Assembly: GCF_009914755.1 (NCBI RefSeq)
Contig: NC_060926.1
Length of the DNA: 64,000 nt
Reading direction: 5' to 3' (one strand)
DNA from: the human T2T-CHM13v2.0 reference genome, Homo sapiens
Positions 31,150 to 45,819 of this stretch are shown here, one piece after another. The notes beneath the pieces were generated by a model. It was not told the DNA's origin, did not search any database, and saw only the letters and a program-made list of their open reading frames with translations. The position numbers were made by a program, and so were the translations under genes. Position 1 is the stretch's first letter, and each line of letters opens with the position of its first letter.

Positions 31150-32864
31150 AGAAAAACGTTTCTAATAAAAATCTCACAATACCAAAAAAAAAAAAGAATG
31201 TGTATGAGGGAGGAGGGATTTACCTTTATGGTTTATTATGATAAAAGCTGTCTATTCCCCTGAAGCTTTTATCTTGATACACAAATGTATGAGAGCTTGG
31301 ATCTATTTTCTGACTTTATTTAATTGCTGATGTTAACTATTTACTACTTATCTGATTATATTGGATGTGTATATTTGAAATTTGATTGTTCCTAATATCT
31401 GACTTTTCCAAAATTATTTAACTTCTTCAAGTTAAGGCATTATCAGCAGAAAGCTGGTAAAAGCCAATTAATTTTCCTAGTGCACTGTGGCTACATACTA
31501 TTAAATTATCTTGATATCAAATAGGTGGAGCCATACCAAAGGAAAGAGATTTCTGTTTCTGGCTAAAATGTAGAAAGCTGGAAAGAAGATTGTTCCCATT
31601 CTAACAATGAGATAAAGGCAAAAAAAAAACCCCATAAAATTATAACTTTTTTGAGCACATTAGATACCTGAGGTTGCAGTCCAACCAAATTACTTAAATT
31701 CCAAAGAGGAACATACCCCTATAATAAGAGATAAAACAGAAGAATAGTCTTATCTGAGTCAAAGAATTAGGGAAATAAGGGGCTACTCAACAGCTTCCAT
31801 GAAAGAAAATTTAAAAATCAGCTGAAATTTTATAAAATTATTAAATGCCAAGGGTGAGCTAGCTTTCAGGTATGGCTGAAATAATTGACAGCCCAGATAC
31901 TCTCTTGCAAGCTCTTTTAAAAGTACCTCCTGCAGTAATTTATGAGATAGTCTGGAACAGAACAGACCAAAAAGAGCTCTTCTTGCTGATGCAAGATTGT
32001 AGAAAAAGATCTGTAGCTACTGGGGCCTGGGAGATACAAATTCCTACAATTATATTTAGAGTCTTTTCTCCTATGAATCAAAAACCTACAGCACTTGGAG
32101 GAGGGACAACAACCCACACTTTAAGGACACTGGCAAAGACCCATTTTCACTGTGGAAAAAGCAGAAGAAAAATTCCTGTGAAAACTATCCTGGGCCCAGA
32201 ATCTATTATCTATCACCAATTCGAGGTCTGCTATCATGGGGTAGGATCAGAGAATACCTTGTAAGAACCAACCACAGATCAAGGACATAGCTGGCTGACA
32301 TGAGGTGAAGGAGTAAGAATGCTGAGAAAGTTCCCTCCTCCCCAGGAAGCCTGGCACACAAGGTCTGTCTAAGCTGAGGCTGAATGTGGACAAGAGTGAA
32401 TCCTTGCCAGCCACCACCACTAGCCCAGAATCCAAAAGGTAAGAGCAGGCTACCAGTATGGGAGGAGGACAGTAGTATAGAGTGAGAACCCTGCTGTAGT
32501 GCAGTTTGCAGAGATTATGAAAGTTGAAGGTAGATCACAAACACTAAGAAAAAAAACAAAAAAACAAAGAACAGAAAACCAAAAATCTCTGGCACTTCAG
32601 CCACCCCTTTGAGCACAAGGCAACAGTCCTGTAAAACAATACAAAGCCTGCAGTAAATAAAAGAAATAGCAGCAGCAAAACTCAAACTTGGTTAAACTGA
32701 AAATGTTCAAATAACAAAACAAGGCAGGGAAGGGGAAACAGAAAAATAAAGCAAAGGGAAGAAAAAGTAAGCATACATGTTAGAGTGGTAGGCATAATTC
32801 GAAATACCAATATTTACATTAAATGTAAATGGCTACACAAACCAAGTAAAATACTGACATTGTC

Positions 32865-33193
<329 letters not shown>

Positions 33194-33711
33194 TCAGAAT
33201 GGACCAAATAAATAAAAAAATCAAATATATCCTTTCCATAAAATGTTACTTTATGTAATGATATAAATAAGTTAAAAATAAAAGGATAGGGAAGGTATAC
33301 CATGGAAACACTAATGAAGAGAAAGCTGAAGTGACTATGTGAATATCAAAGCATATTTCAGAGCAGAGAAATTTAAAAGGAACAATGAGAGATATTACAT
33401 AAAAATCAAAGGGTCAATTTGCCAAGAAGAGATAAAAATCCTAATTGTATATGTATCTAATAGTAGAGCTTCAAAATACTATTTTGAAGCCAATACTAAA
33501 GCCAGTTGTATATTCTTTGGAGAAATGTATATTTATTCTCTTGCCCATTTTTAAATAGACTTGTTTGTTTTTGTTGTTGCTGAGTTTTAGGAGGTCTGGG
33601 TGTATTTTGGTTATTAATCTCTTATCAGATATTTCATTTGCAAATATTTTCTCCTGTGGATTGCCTTTTGTTTGTGATTTTGATAAATAATTTTAAAAAA
33701 TTTTTTATGGT

Positions 33712-34330
<619 letters not shown>

Positions 34331-34675
34331 ATGATGCCCAATTTTTCTTTGTATTTTTTGTTGTGTTGCCTGTGCCTTTGGTTATATCCCAGAAGTTACT
34401 GCCAAATCTAACTTTGGGAAACTTTTGCCCTGTGTTCCCTTCTAAGAGTTTTATAATTTTAAGTCTCATATTTAGGTCTTTAACCCATTTGGGGTTAATT
34501 TTTGTATATGGAGTTAGGTAAAGGTCCAAAATCTTTATTTTGCATGTGGATATACAGTTTTCAGTATCATTTATTGAAAAGATTGTTCTTTTCTCATTTA
34601 ATAATCATGGCACCCTTCTCAAAAAACATTTGACCATACAGGTGAGGATTTGCTTATGAGCTCTCTATTCTATTC

Positions 34676-35049
34676 CGTGTTCATTAATCATCAGAGAACT
34701 TCAAATCAAAACATGAAGATAGCACTCAATACCCATTAGGATGACTACTATTAAAAAAAAAAGAGAGAAAATAACAAATGTTAGCAAGCATGTGGAGAAA
34801 TTAAAACCCTTGTGTAGTATTGATAGGAGTATAAGATTGTACAGCTGGAAGAAAGTATGGTGGTGTCTCAAAAAATTAAAAATACAGTTACCATATAATA
34901 CAGCATTTACGTGTCTGGGTATATATCCAAAATAACTAAAATCAGGGTCTTGAAGAGATATTTACCAAATTTATTTCAGCATTACTCATGATAGCAAAAT
35001 GTGGAAGCAACCCATTTCCATCAACAGATAAATGGATAAGCAAAGTGTG

Positions 35050-35090
<41 letters not shown>

Positions 35091-35465
35091 AGAATATTAT
35101 TTAGCCTTAAAAGGAAAGAAAATTATGATAAATGCTACAACATGGATGAACCTTAAGGACATTATGCTAAGTGAAATAAGCCAGTCATAAAAAGGCAAAT
35201 ACCCTGTGATTCTACTTATATGAGGTAATTAGAGTGGTCAAAAATCATAGAGATATGAAATAGAATGGTTGGTGCCAGGAGCTGGAGAGAGGGAGGAATG
35301 GGGAGTTCCGTTTTACAAGACAAAAAGTGTTATGGTGGAGATGGATGCATGACATACTGGATGTATTTAATACTATTGAACGTTACATTTAAAATAGTTA
35401 AAATGATAAATTTTATATTATGTGTATTTTACTACAATAACAAAAACAAACAAAAATAAAATAAT
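34676..35465 (+). mobile_element. L1MA9/MB-type 3' segment (sense part of the inverted element)
   Basis: tcattaatcatcagaga...ggacattatgctaagtgaaataagccagtca...3'UTR and A-rich tail. Confidence 0.85.
35051..35087. repeat. (TG)n(TA)n microsatellite
   Basis: Direct inspection. Confidence 0.92.
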
Positions 35466-35507
35466 AAAGCCAAAACTGGATAAACTGAAAGGAAAATTAA
35501 AACAAAC

Positions 35508-35866
35508 TCAGTCATAAGGAATGAATGAATGGCACTTGCAGCAAGTTGGATGGAACTGGAGATTATTATTCTAAGAGAAGTAACTCAGGGATGGAAAAAC
35601 CAAACATCGTATATTCTCACTCGTAAGTGGGAGCTAAGCTGTGAGGATGCAAAGGCATAAGAATGATAGGAGGGACTTTGGGGACTAGGGGAAAGGGTGT
35701 GAGGGGAGTGAGGGATAGAAGACTACAAATTGCATTCAGTGTGTACTGCTTGGATGATGGGTGCACCAAAACCTCACAAATCACCACGAAAGAACTTACT
35801 GGGGTAACCAAAATACCACCTGTTCCCCAAAGCCTATGGAAATAAAATATTTAAAAATAAATAAAT
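35508..35866 (+). mobile_element. L1MA2-like 3' end
   Basis: ggcataagaatgata...ccacctgttccccaaagcctatggaaataaaa; TSD aaaacaaac. Confidence 0.88.
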
Positions 35867-36304
35867 AAAACAAACACATAGATCCACTATTACAGTTGAA
35901 GACTTTGACATTTCTTTCTCAGTAATCAACAGAACACATGGAAGGAAAATCAGGCAAGGATGTGCTTTTTAGAGAATGATTTAAAAACACTGAAGCTAAT
36001 CACCATACTAGGTAAGAAATATCAGAAACGAGGCATTGGTTAGCTTATGTTTCCACACTATCTTCCTGTAGAATTAGCAAAATATCTATTAGTAATTCCT
36101 CTGCTGAATTAGGCAATAAAATCAATGATATATACATGCATAATCTGTCTTAAGAATAATTTTGGTTACTGTAGTTTTCTCTGTTTGATTAGAGTTTAAA
36201 TGAGTCCCAGGGTCATAGGTAAAAATTACTCAGTTCCTGCTCATAATCTGTCCTTTTTCCTTCTCACCATGTGGCAACTTCTTGTCCTACAAGATCTAGA
36301 AAGT

Positions 36305-36440
36305 GGCTGAGGTGGGAGAATTACTTGAACCCAGGCAGCAGAGGTTGCAGTGAGCCAAGATTGCGCCACTGCACTCCAGCCTGGGTGACAGAGCAAGACT
36401 CTGTCTCAAAAACAAATAAATAAATAAATAAATAAACAAC
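36305..36440 (+). mobile_element. Alu right-arm fragment, 5'-truncated, (TAAA)n tail
   Basis: ggctgaggtgggagaattacttgaaccc... Confidence 0.93.
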
Positions 36441-36461
36441 AATCTAGAAGTTGTATGTGTC

Positions 36462-36770
36462 GGCCGGGTGTGGTGGCTCACGCCTATAACCCCAGCACTC
36501 TGGGAGGCTGAGACGGGCAGATCACCTGAGGTCAGAAGTTCAAGACCAGCCTGGCCAACATGGTGAAAACCTGTCTCCAAAAAAATACAAAAATTAGCTG
36601 GGCATGATGACAGGTGCCTGTAGTCCCAGCTACTCGGGAGGCTGAGGTGGGAGAATCGCTTGAACCCAAGAGGTGGAGGTTGCAGTGAGCCAAAAGATCA
36701 ACCAGCTGTAGTCCAGCCTGGGCAACAGAGCAAGACTCCATCAAAAATAATAGTAATAATAATAATAATA
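36462..36770 (+). mobile_element. AluSx/Sz-like with (TAA)n tail
   Basis: TSD atctagaagttgtatgtgtc / atctagaaagtgcatgtgtc. Confidence 0.95.
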
Positions 36771-39360
36771 ATCTAGAAAGTGCATGTGTCTCACTTCTTG
36801 AGAGGCTTCCTCCATGCTCTCCCACCTTACCCTGCCATCAAGGGGGCTCCAGTAGAGACATAAGTCTCTGAAAACCACATTCCTCTTCTTTTCTGGGAAC
36901 TGTTGCAAGAATGGGGTGAGGGACTCTAACAAGGTCCAATAGATTCTATCAGTTGAATGGTGTGTTTGAAGCACTCTTGTAACAGAAGCAGCAAGAGCTC
37001 AATTGGGCTGTTAACTCCGTAGGGCATCTATGGATGACCTTTTACACTAATATCTTCATTGTGGTTCTCAAGAAAACAAAATAGATATTTTATTAACTGT
37101 GGCCCTGAGACATATTCTTATAAACTTGATTTTACAAAAGATAAATACAATTGTCCCTGTTTTTCTCTACTCTCTCAGGAATCTTATTATCCTTGACCAT
37201 TTGCTTAGTTGTACTAATTCCTGTCCTTAAAATTGAAAGGAGAGCATCCCAAATTTTGTTGTTGTTGTTCATGTAGGGTCACACAAAAATATGTGGGGGC
37301 ACTTTGTAATAATCACACCACTTTTGGTAGTGTGTCAGCTGGCTGAGTTTTGGTTGTTGGTGGCAATTTTATAGCAACTTTATAGAAAAGATTCTAATTC
37401 ACAGCCAATTCTGCTGAAAAATAAGAAAATGCTGAGACTAACAAAATCACAAGAGCTTAGAAACTAAACATTTATTAAAAGGTGCTGCATTAGAGAATAA
37501 GTACATTACTGTCCAGAGGAAATACAAAGAGGAGAAGCACAACTGCCCCTCACTCCATCACCATAACTATAAGCTAGCAGAAAACATACCTCTTCATCAT
37601 TTATGGATTATTAACTATATTTTTAAAATTAGTTTCTCTATCCAAAGTTGTAAATTTGGCTCATTTACATAATATCTTCTTGTAGAATTTCATGGTGTGT
37701 ACAGTGTTCGGATGACTTAAACATGCTGATACCAGGGATAGAGAGATGCAGTGATTGAGATGACCAAAATCTCTATTCCAAACTTTAAAGTGTTGCCAAA
37801 AAAGGGAGAAATTCCACCATCTGTCAGTTACATTTAGAATTAAAATTATATAACTTTTCTAAATTTTAGAAATTATTTACATATTTTTATAATATAGATA
37901 AGAAAAATTGAAGCTCCAGAGTTGTTTACACAGGAAGTTAGGAACAGAGCAGTGAGTGTAACCCGTGAGCCAGTTCCTTGACGATCATCTCCGTAATGAC
38001 TCCAAGCTGCAGGTAATTGTCCAGATAGTCCCTAGAGCAAGAGCCACGAGGTGAACATTGTAGAGAAAGTGATCACAGCTGAGGAGAAACATCATGCGGC
38101 ATCTGTCCCTGTTGCATTTTGCAGTGTATAATAAATGGATGTGTTAAATTTCCACTCTATTTCTTCTCTACCACTGGCTCATTTTGGAACCTGAATTGTA
38201 ATACTGTTCAGCCAGGGTTCTGTTCAGGAAAATAGGATCATTGTACATGAAAAAAGGCTTGTTTTCTCACTTAGGCATAATTCATAAGGAAGTGAAGAAG
38301 AAACACTAACCAAAATGAGGAAATGATATTAGCAAAAACACACTTCTATATAGTTACATGAAAACATTATAGATTTGTGTTGTGTAAGGGTACCAAATTC
38401 TAAAACCTGTATTCACCCTTTTGAAGCTACTGGTCCAGCTTATGAAATCTTGCAGTTTGAATAAATTGTCTCAGTAATGTGCTGTTTAATAAAAACAAGA
38501 GCTGCTATGTCTAATTTATAGCAGTCCTACTGAAGAGAAATGATAAGGAGAAATAAAAGTGCTGGTTTCATAAAAGATGGTTTAAAGTTGTATACACTTT
38601 GATTCCAACCAAAGAACAAAAGGTATCAGTCTTTTCCACACAGGTTTTATATAGTTTTTGATGAAAGCATATGCTTAACTCAGCAAGTTGATTGAAGGAT
38701 TATAATCAAGATTCTCCTGTGGAAAATGCCAGTGCCTTACAGTACCAATTGGGAACAGAGGCAGGGTTGGAAGAATTACTGGACAGTAGAAGAGAAGTAA
38801 CAAAAAATAAAGAGGAAAGGGTGTGCTGTAACTTAAACTAGAGTGAAGCAAAACCTTACTCTTTTTCCCTAAGAAAATAGGGCCAAACATTATTTCATAT
38901 TGCCTTGCTTTCCACCCTGGGATCCAACTCCCTCTGCCATGACAGGACTGTGTGTCCTTTGCCTTGAGTTGACAGAGAACTGTTCTTTTGCTTCTAATTA
39001 AAACAGTCAGGGGCATTACTGATTAAAGGTGGGGAAGCAGAGAACTGTTTTCATTTTATTCCAAATTAGTTTGAGCTTACCCAAGATCAAAGAAAATCCA
39101 GACCTGAGAAAACAAACAGACCACAAACAAGTAATTTGTTGACCTGATGCTATTTCCTGGAAGTAAAGTTATTGTGGCCCATTGAAAGGCTAGCTCAGCA
39201 ATCATGAATCCATCAAAAGAGTGTCTAGCCAGGGAGCATCTCAGGGTTCCCTGTTTCTGAAAGCACACTTTGAAATCAAGATTTTAATAACACGAAGTCC
39301 AGTCCGAATATTATCAAAGGCTCAAACATAAGTGGATTTCAGTTGAAACATATATGCAAG

Positions 39361-39363
<3 letters not shown>

Positions 39364-39406
<43 letters not shown>
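39364..39406. repeat. (CA)n microsatellite, about 21 units
   Basis: Perfect run. Confidence 0.97.
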
Positions 39407-39407
<1 letters not shown>

Positions 39408-40902
39408 TGCCCTGTGTGCAACAGTTTGCTTGTCTGGGGCTTTTGGTTGTATGTTTGTCATTAGGATTGCCTTCTGCTGCTAACAGCTCAGCCACTCCAT
39501 AGGATGTGCTAGTACAATGACCTCCTTCGGAGTTGACAATTACATCTATTTTCTTACTGTATTAGAAATATCAGCCTTTTTTTTTTTCTAGAACCCATTG
39601 TTTTCATGACATGTCCTTTTTAATTTTTTTTTCAGGGCAGTAATAAAAATCTACTCACTTAAAGTCCTAAAACTTTCAACTAATTTTCTTTTCATCCCAG
39701 ATACTTGGATGCAAAGTAGAATCAAGATAGAGGATTGAAGAGAACATAAAAGTGAATATTTTGGGCCTTATTGTGAAAATTTGGACAAAACAAAAATTGT
39801 GAAAATCAAACATATATGCTGTAATATAAATACTTTTATCCCCCATGCTAAATAAGGCACAAATCTTACATCATACAGTTCTATTTCTCATGATGTACAC
39901 AACACTTTCTAAACTGAATGCTTAGTGGATAAGATAATTTTTAAAGTGCAACTGATATTTATATTTAAATGTTAAATTTAAGGGTAAAGATGAAGTCAAA
40001 ACATTCTCACCAGTTATTTAATAGGTATAAGTGAGCTGAACCATAATGAGGAAAGAAAAATCTGTACATTCTACTCTAATGAGGAAGGAAAAATCCATAC
40101 ATTCACAAAGATTCAAATGAGCTTGGGTATCAGAGCTCCGGGGTCAGACTTTCGGAAAATAATGAGACCAATAGATATGCATAGAGATACTTAAAATTAA
40201 GTATTACATGAGATATTTAAATTGTTTGCTGGTCCTTTGAGTCATCTCTGTTTGGTGGTGCTTTGAAAAGTGTCTTTATCAGAGAATTTTTGAATGGATA
40301 TTTGAAGAGCTCAATAAATATTTTATGCTATCTATTTTGTGACTTCTGTACTTAGGATAGATGAAAAAAGAAAATGAAAGAGAAAATGAAGAATGAGGGA
40401 AAGCCAAAGACACTTTGTCCAAAATTTAACAGAGCTATTTTAAAGACAATTGTCTTAGCTTAAATGTGACTTTAAAAAAATCTTTCATATGTTATTCAAG
40501 AAATGAAATATATAGTAACATTACATTTATACCTCTTTTTACTTAAAGTTAATGCATATTTTATTTTCATTTCTTTTCTGTTTTTTAAGGAAATCATAAA
40601 AAGTACTCAAATTTATGGAATTTTCTACTGACTTGCCTCCTCTGTTCCAAATCTCTGCGCTAAATAATGGATACATAATTGTGTAGTGTGGCGCTTAATC
40701 ACTTGTGACTTTAATACTAGAACCCTTGAACCAATAGACCCGAATAAACTCAAACACTAGAGACTTGTAAAAATATATTTTTTAAAACATTTGCACATCT
40801 TCTTACAATGCAGTATACGATTCCTCATTGATAACTTCATTAGGATGCTTAGCAAGTTCTAAATGAATTCAGAGAAAGAAACATTGTTATGGTGTTTATT
40901 AG

Positions 40903-40906
40903 CTTG

Positions 40907-40956
<50 letters not shown>

Positions 40957-41284
40957 CTCTCTCTTTCTTTCTTTCTTTCTTCCTCTTTCTTTCTTTTTTT
41001 TGAGATGGAGTTTTGCTCCTATCACTCAGGCTGTAGTACAATGGCATGACCTCGGCTCACTGCAACCTCCACCTCCCAGGTTCACACCAATCTCCAGCCT
41101 CAGCCTCCTGAGTAGTTGGGATTACAGGCACCCGCCACCATGCCCAGCTAATTTTTGTATTTTTAGCAGAGACGGCGTTTCACCATGTTGGCCAGGCTGG
41201 TCTCAAACTCCTGACCTCAGGTGATCCGCCCGTTTCGGCCTCCCAAAGTGCTGGGATTACAGGCGTGAGGTACCACGCCCAGAC
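40903..41284 (-). mobile_element. AluSq-like with long (TTTC)n tail
   Basis: TSD tgtttattag; tetranucleotide tail 40907-41000. Confidence 0.95.
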
Positions 41285-41839
41285 TGTTTATTAGGTTTCT
41301 ATTGTGCAATAACAAATTACAGTCAATTTAATGACTTGAACAACACAAATGTATTATCCAAAATCCAGCAAAGGTTTCAAGCAGGCTGTATTCTTCTCAG
41401 GAGGCTCTAGAAAAAGCCTCTTTCCTCATTTAGGCTGCTGGCTGAGTACATATCCATAGTGGTGTAGGGTAAAGGCTCCCATCTTTTGGCTGTCTCTCAA
41501 GTGAGGGCCATTTCCACCTCCTGGAACCACCTATATTCCTCACCTTTCACCCTATTCTTCCATCTGCAAAGCTAGCAACATCAAAGCTTGTCCCTCTCAC
41601 TCTTTGAAACTCTTTTCTTTTTCCTGTCTCATCTTGCTCTCTGGCCCAGCTAGGAAAGATTTCCTGCTCTAAAGAGATTATATCATTAGGTTGTATCTAT
41701 CTAGATAATCCAGAATAATTGTTCCATCTCAAGAATTTAATAGCACCCACAAAGTCCTGCTTTCCATGTAAGGTAACAGATGAATAGATTCTGGTGACTA
41801 AGTCATAGGCATTTTTGGGAGGCTATTCTCTCTAACACA
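41285..41839 (-). mobile_element. MLT1 (D/E-like) MaLR solo LTR
   Basis: taacaaattac, caggaggctctag, gataatccagaataat, ccatgtaaggtaaca, end ggctattctctctaacaca. Confidence 0.8.
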
Positions 41840-41878
41840 AGTTGTTAAATGATGCAAAGTTTCTAAGGGAAGAGGTAG

Positions 41879-42201
<323 letters not shown>

Positions 42202-43159
42202 TAGGTAGACTAGTTTTAAGAGAACATAGAACTAAAAAAATGCGGAAAAATACTGTGGCTTGAAGCTGTCATTATAATGAAGCACTATTGATGCATCGAT
42301 GTCTCACGGGGCAAACATTTTTTTTTTAGGCAATGAGCAACTATGTAAAAATTATTTATGTAGAATGGTGGGTATCAGACAGTATTTAGAGAAGAAGTAA
42401 TTTGTGCAATCTTCAGCTTAAAACAAGGTTTCTTTCATTTAATTTCTTTTTAAATTTTGGCTGCATCTAATAATTATCTACTCTAGACTGTATCTACATA
42501 GAAAAACAATGTCTGACAATAAATAGATGCCATGAGAGCTATAAGTGTAATTACAAGTAAAATAACAGAGCCTCTGTCCTCATGGAATTGTTTATTTATT
42601 CAATTCGGATTTGCACATATTCATAATGAACTAAGTAATTGGATAATTAAATTCAGAAGATTTTGTAAACTTTGTTTTAATTTACTTCTCCATAGCACCA
42701 AGTAGATATGAAAGAAATACTGTTGCCAAATAAATGGGTGAATTGCTTCCCAAATACAAAGCACATGCTTGAAAATTTAGGGCCACCAAAATGTTTTATA
42801 TGCAAAAAAAAAATCTTTCAAATTCCATCAATTTATTGGTAAGTTGTATCCTGAGAATATAAAGCATAACATGCACTTTGCTGACTGCTAAAGATAGAAT
42901 TATAAACAAGGTAAAAGCAAGTGTGTATTTTGTGTGAATTTTTCCATTCCTTATTCAAAAAAGATTAAGAAAGCTTATGACTTGAGCATTTTAGAGTATG
43001 GTGAGGAACACATATAAATATAATGTGAGTTCTACTAAGATTTACAACTTGGGAATTTATAGATAACATTAAATAATGGGAAAATTATAATAGAACATAC
43101 ATAAAACAGATAGATATAATCACATATCTTTGGATACACATCAGAGAAAGCAACTAGTC

Positions 43160-44330
43160 TACCTGAAAGACTCATGAGAGTCTTCCCCAAAGTTTTGCAT
43201 TTTAGCCATTTAATCACCTCAGAGAGAGAAGAGAAGATAATGCATCCATAAAACAAGAAGAGGATGTTACAAACACCAGAGAATAGAAAAGGTCTCAGAA
43301 ATGGCATCTATAATAGAAAGGAAACAATCAATAAAAAGATTAGAAGATAAACAACATACAGTATAGACTGGAAGGATTTAAAAATCAAAGGTAAAGAATT
43401 ATAATGTTAGAATCAATCAATCCAGTAGATTCAATATCCAAGTAATTTGATAGAGAAAAATGAAGAGAGGAAATCATTCAGTCAATTGAAGAAAGTTCCT
43501 GAGAATTGGACAGGTAGAAATGAAACAATTAATACAAAGATTGGAAGGTAAACTTGAGAAAACCTCATACAACATGCAGTACAAACTGGAAGGACTTAAA
43601 AATCAAAGGTAAAGAATTGTAATGTTGGAACGACTCAGTGTAGTACATTCAATATCCAAATAATTTGATAGAGAAAAATGAAGAGAGAAAATCATCCAGT
43701 CAATTGAAGAAACTTTCTGAGAATTGGGCACATAGAACTGTTCAGATTAAAAGGGTCCATTTTAACCAGTACAATGGTTAAAAAATAAATGCAGACTAAG
43801 ACAAAGGTTTTTAAGGCCTGGGAACACTGGAGAAAATAGAAGAGTCCATAGCTTCCAGAGAAAAAGAACAAACACATACAAGGTTAATGATGACTGCCAT
43901 TGGCATTTTTACCTAAATGATAAAACTAGAATACAATAAAGCAAATACTTCTATCATAGGGGAAATTTACTTTCAATCTGTATTTCCAAACCCTGCCAAG
44001 CTCTCACCAAAAGTGAGAGTACAGTGAAGATATTTAAAAACAATAGATCAATAACTTCAAAATTCTAAGGGAATATGATTTCCAACCTAGAATCCTATAC
44101 CTAGATAAAGAATTATTCAAGTTTAAATATAGAATAAAAGCATTTTGATACATTTAATGTTTTAAACACAAAAACAAAATTAAAAACCATGTATACACTC
44201 TTTCTTTTAAAGCTTTTGGGGGTTGTGTTCGGCCAATGAAGGGAATAAAACAAGGAAGAGGAAGACATAGGCTAAATGAACAAGATAGTCAAATAAAAGA
44301 AGTAAAAGACAAGAAAAGTCAGGATTCATT
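43160..44330 (+). mobile_element. HAL1/L1M ORF1-like remnant containing a tandem duplication
   Basis: gatttccaacctagaatcctatacc resembles the ORF1 C-terminal DFQPRILYP motif; A-rich strand. Confidence 0.6.
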
Positions 44331-45539
44331 CATCAGTTCAAAAATTATTTATTAAATATCTTTCTTATGCCTATCTTTACTGCTGGGAATGCTTTAGATA
44401 CATCAGTGAACAAACACGAAAATATTCTACCTTGTTTAAACATACATTAAAATAATGCTAGAATCATGCTTACAGAAAATCCCAAAATGAGAACTGAATA
44501 GAGAGTTGATAGAGAAATCTTCACTTTCCAAAATGGGAGGAAACATATGATGTTAAGTTATGTTGTTTGACTTCTGAAGGTAAATATCAAAATAGTTAAC
44601 ATGATTGAAAGTGGGGAAAAAAAAGATGGGATTGAATTGGGATAATCCTGTTTTATGGAAAAAATCTAAATCTAACTCAAAACTATGTACATATTTTGAT
44701 GAAAATAAAAGTTAAATGTAAGAATGAAAAGTAAGAGTGGTGTGAGTGTTTCTGTGTGTGTGTGAGAGAGAGAGGGATGGACAGAGGGAAAGATCTTTGA
44801 CATAAACAGAAAGAGAGAGAGAGAGAGATCTTTGACATAAACACTAAAAGACAAGAATTTCAACGAATGCAAAATGGTGAGAAGTGTAAAATCAGGGGTG
44901 AAATCGAGAAGGATCCAGATACTCCAGGGACCTGACCCCAGGGACACTAGCTAGAGGACCACCGTATATTCAGTTTTACTCTTTACTTTGTCAACTGTCA
45001 TCAATGGGATGTAGGGGTGGAAAGATGTGATACCTTTCTTCATTCATCATAAGGGTTCATGGCCCTGGTTCTGCACTAAGTCTGCATCAAGTCTTATTAT
45101 TAATTATTACCAACGGATATCTTAATGATATTTCTGATGAACAAACTATTGAACTAAGATTAGTGGGATATTTTTATAATGTATTTCAGCACCAGACACA
45201 TTTCATAAGAATTAAATTTTATAGAGAAGCCTGATATTAATTGAGTAATGTATATATTCACTTGATCACAATTTTTTAATACTTACTATGGACCAGTGAC
45301 TATGAGACACTATATAACAGGCATAGCTCAAATTGAGGTGCTGTGGTTATTGTCAGGTGACTGAGTTTGCTCATCTTTGTCCTTTGGCATTTTGTCCCTC
45401 TCAAGACTCTTCCACTGGCAATCTAGTTTTCTGCAGGGATTGAACACTAGTGCTGAGTCAAATTTTTCAATGTTTTCCACAAAATATTAAAAACTAGTTT
45501 TGTTGCATGTGCATTTTTACTCTGACAGTCACTGTACCT

Positions 45540-45690
45540 TCCAGATATTAATTCATGTGATAGCCTCAATAACCCATTTATTGTCATTTTACAGGTGAAG
45601 AAACATAAATGCTAACAATTTACATACTTTGTCCAATATTGTACAACTAAGGACTGGTAGAAACGTGATTTACACCTAGGTAGCCTAGGT
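45540..45690 (-). mobile_element. MIR remnant
   Basis: cattttacaggtgaagaaac...tttgtccaa..cacctaggtagcct. Confidence 0.6.
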
Positions 45691-45819
45691 TAAATTATTT
45701 TTCACATTCTTAAAAAAATGGAAGAAATGATGTATTAATAGTTATATAATATTAGTTTAGAAAGGACTTCAAAATAATTTTATTATTTATACAATTTTTG
45801 ATAACTTTATTAAAAGCCT

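Noticed and set aside
31872-32264. 130-aa ATG ORF (MAEIIDSPDTLL...)
   Set aside because: No recognisable domain; lies in a probable decayed L1M 5' region; no splice or promoter context
40859-41224. KE-rich and FLS-rich ORFs
   Set aside because: Translation of the (TTTC)n Alu tail
45010-45065. Possible short LTR start (tgtaggggtggaaag...ggttcatggcc)
   Set aside because: Too short and degenerate to assign by eye
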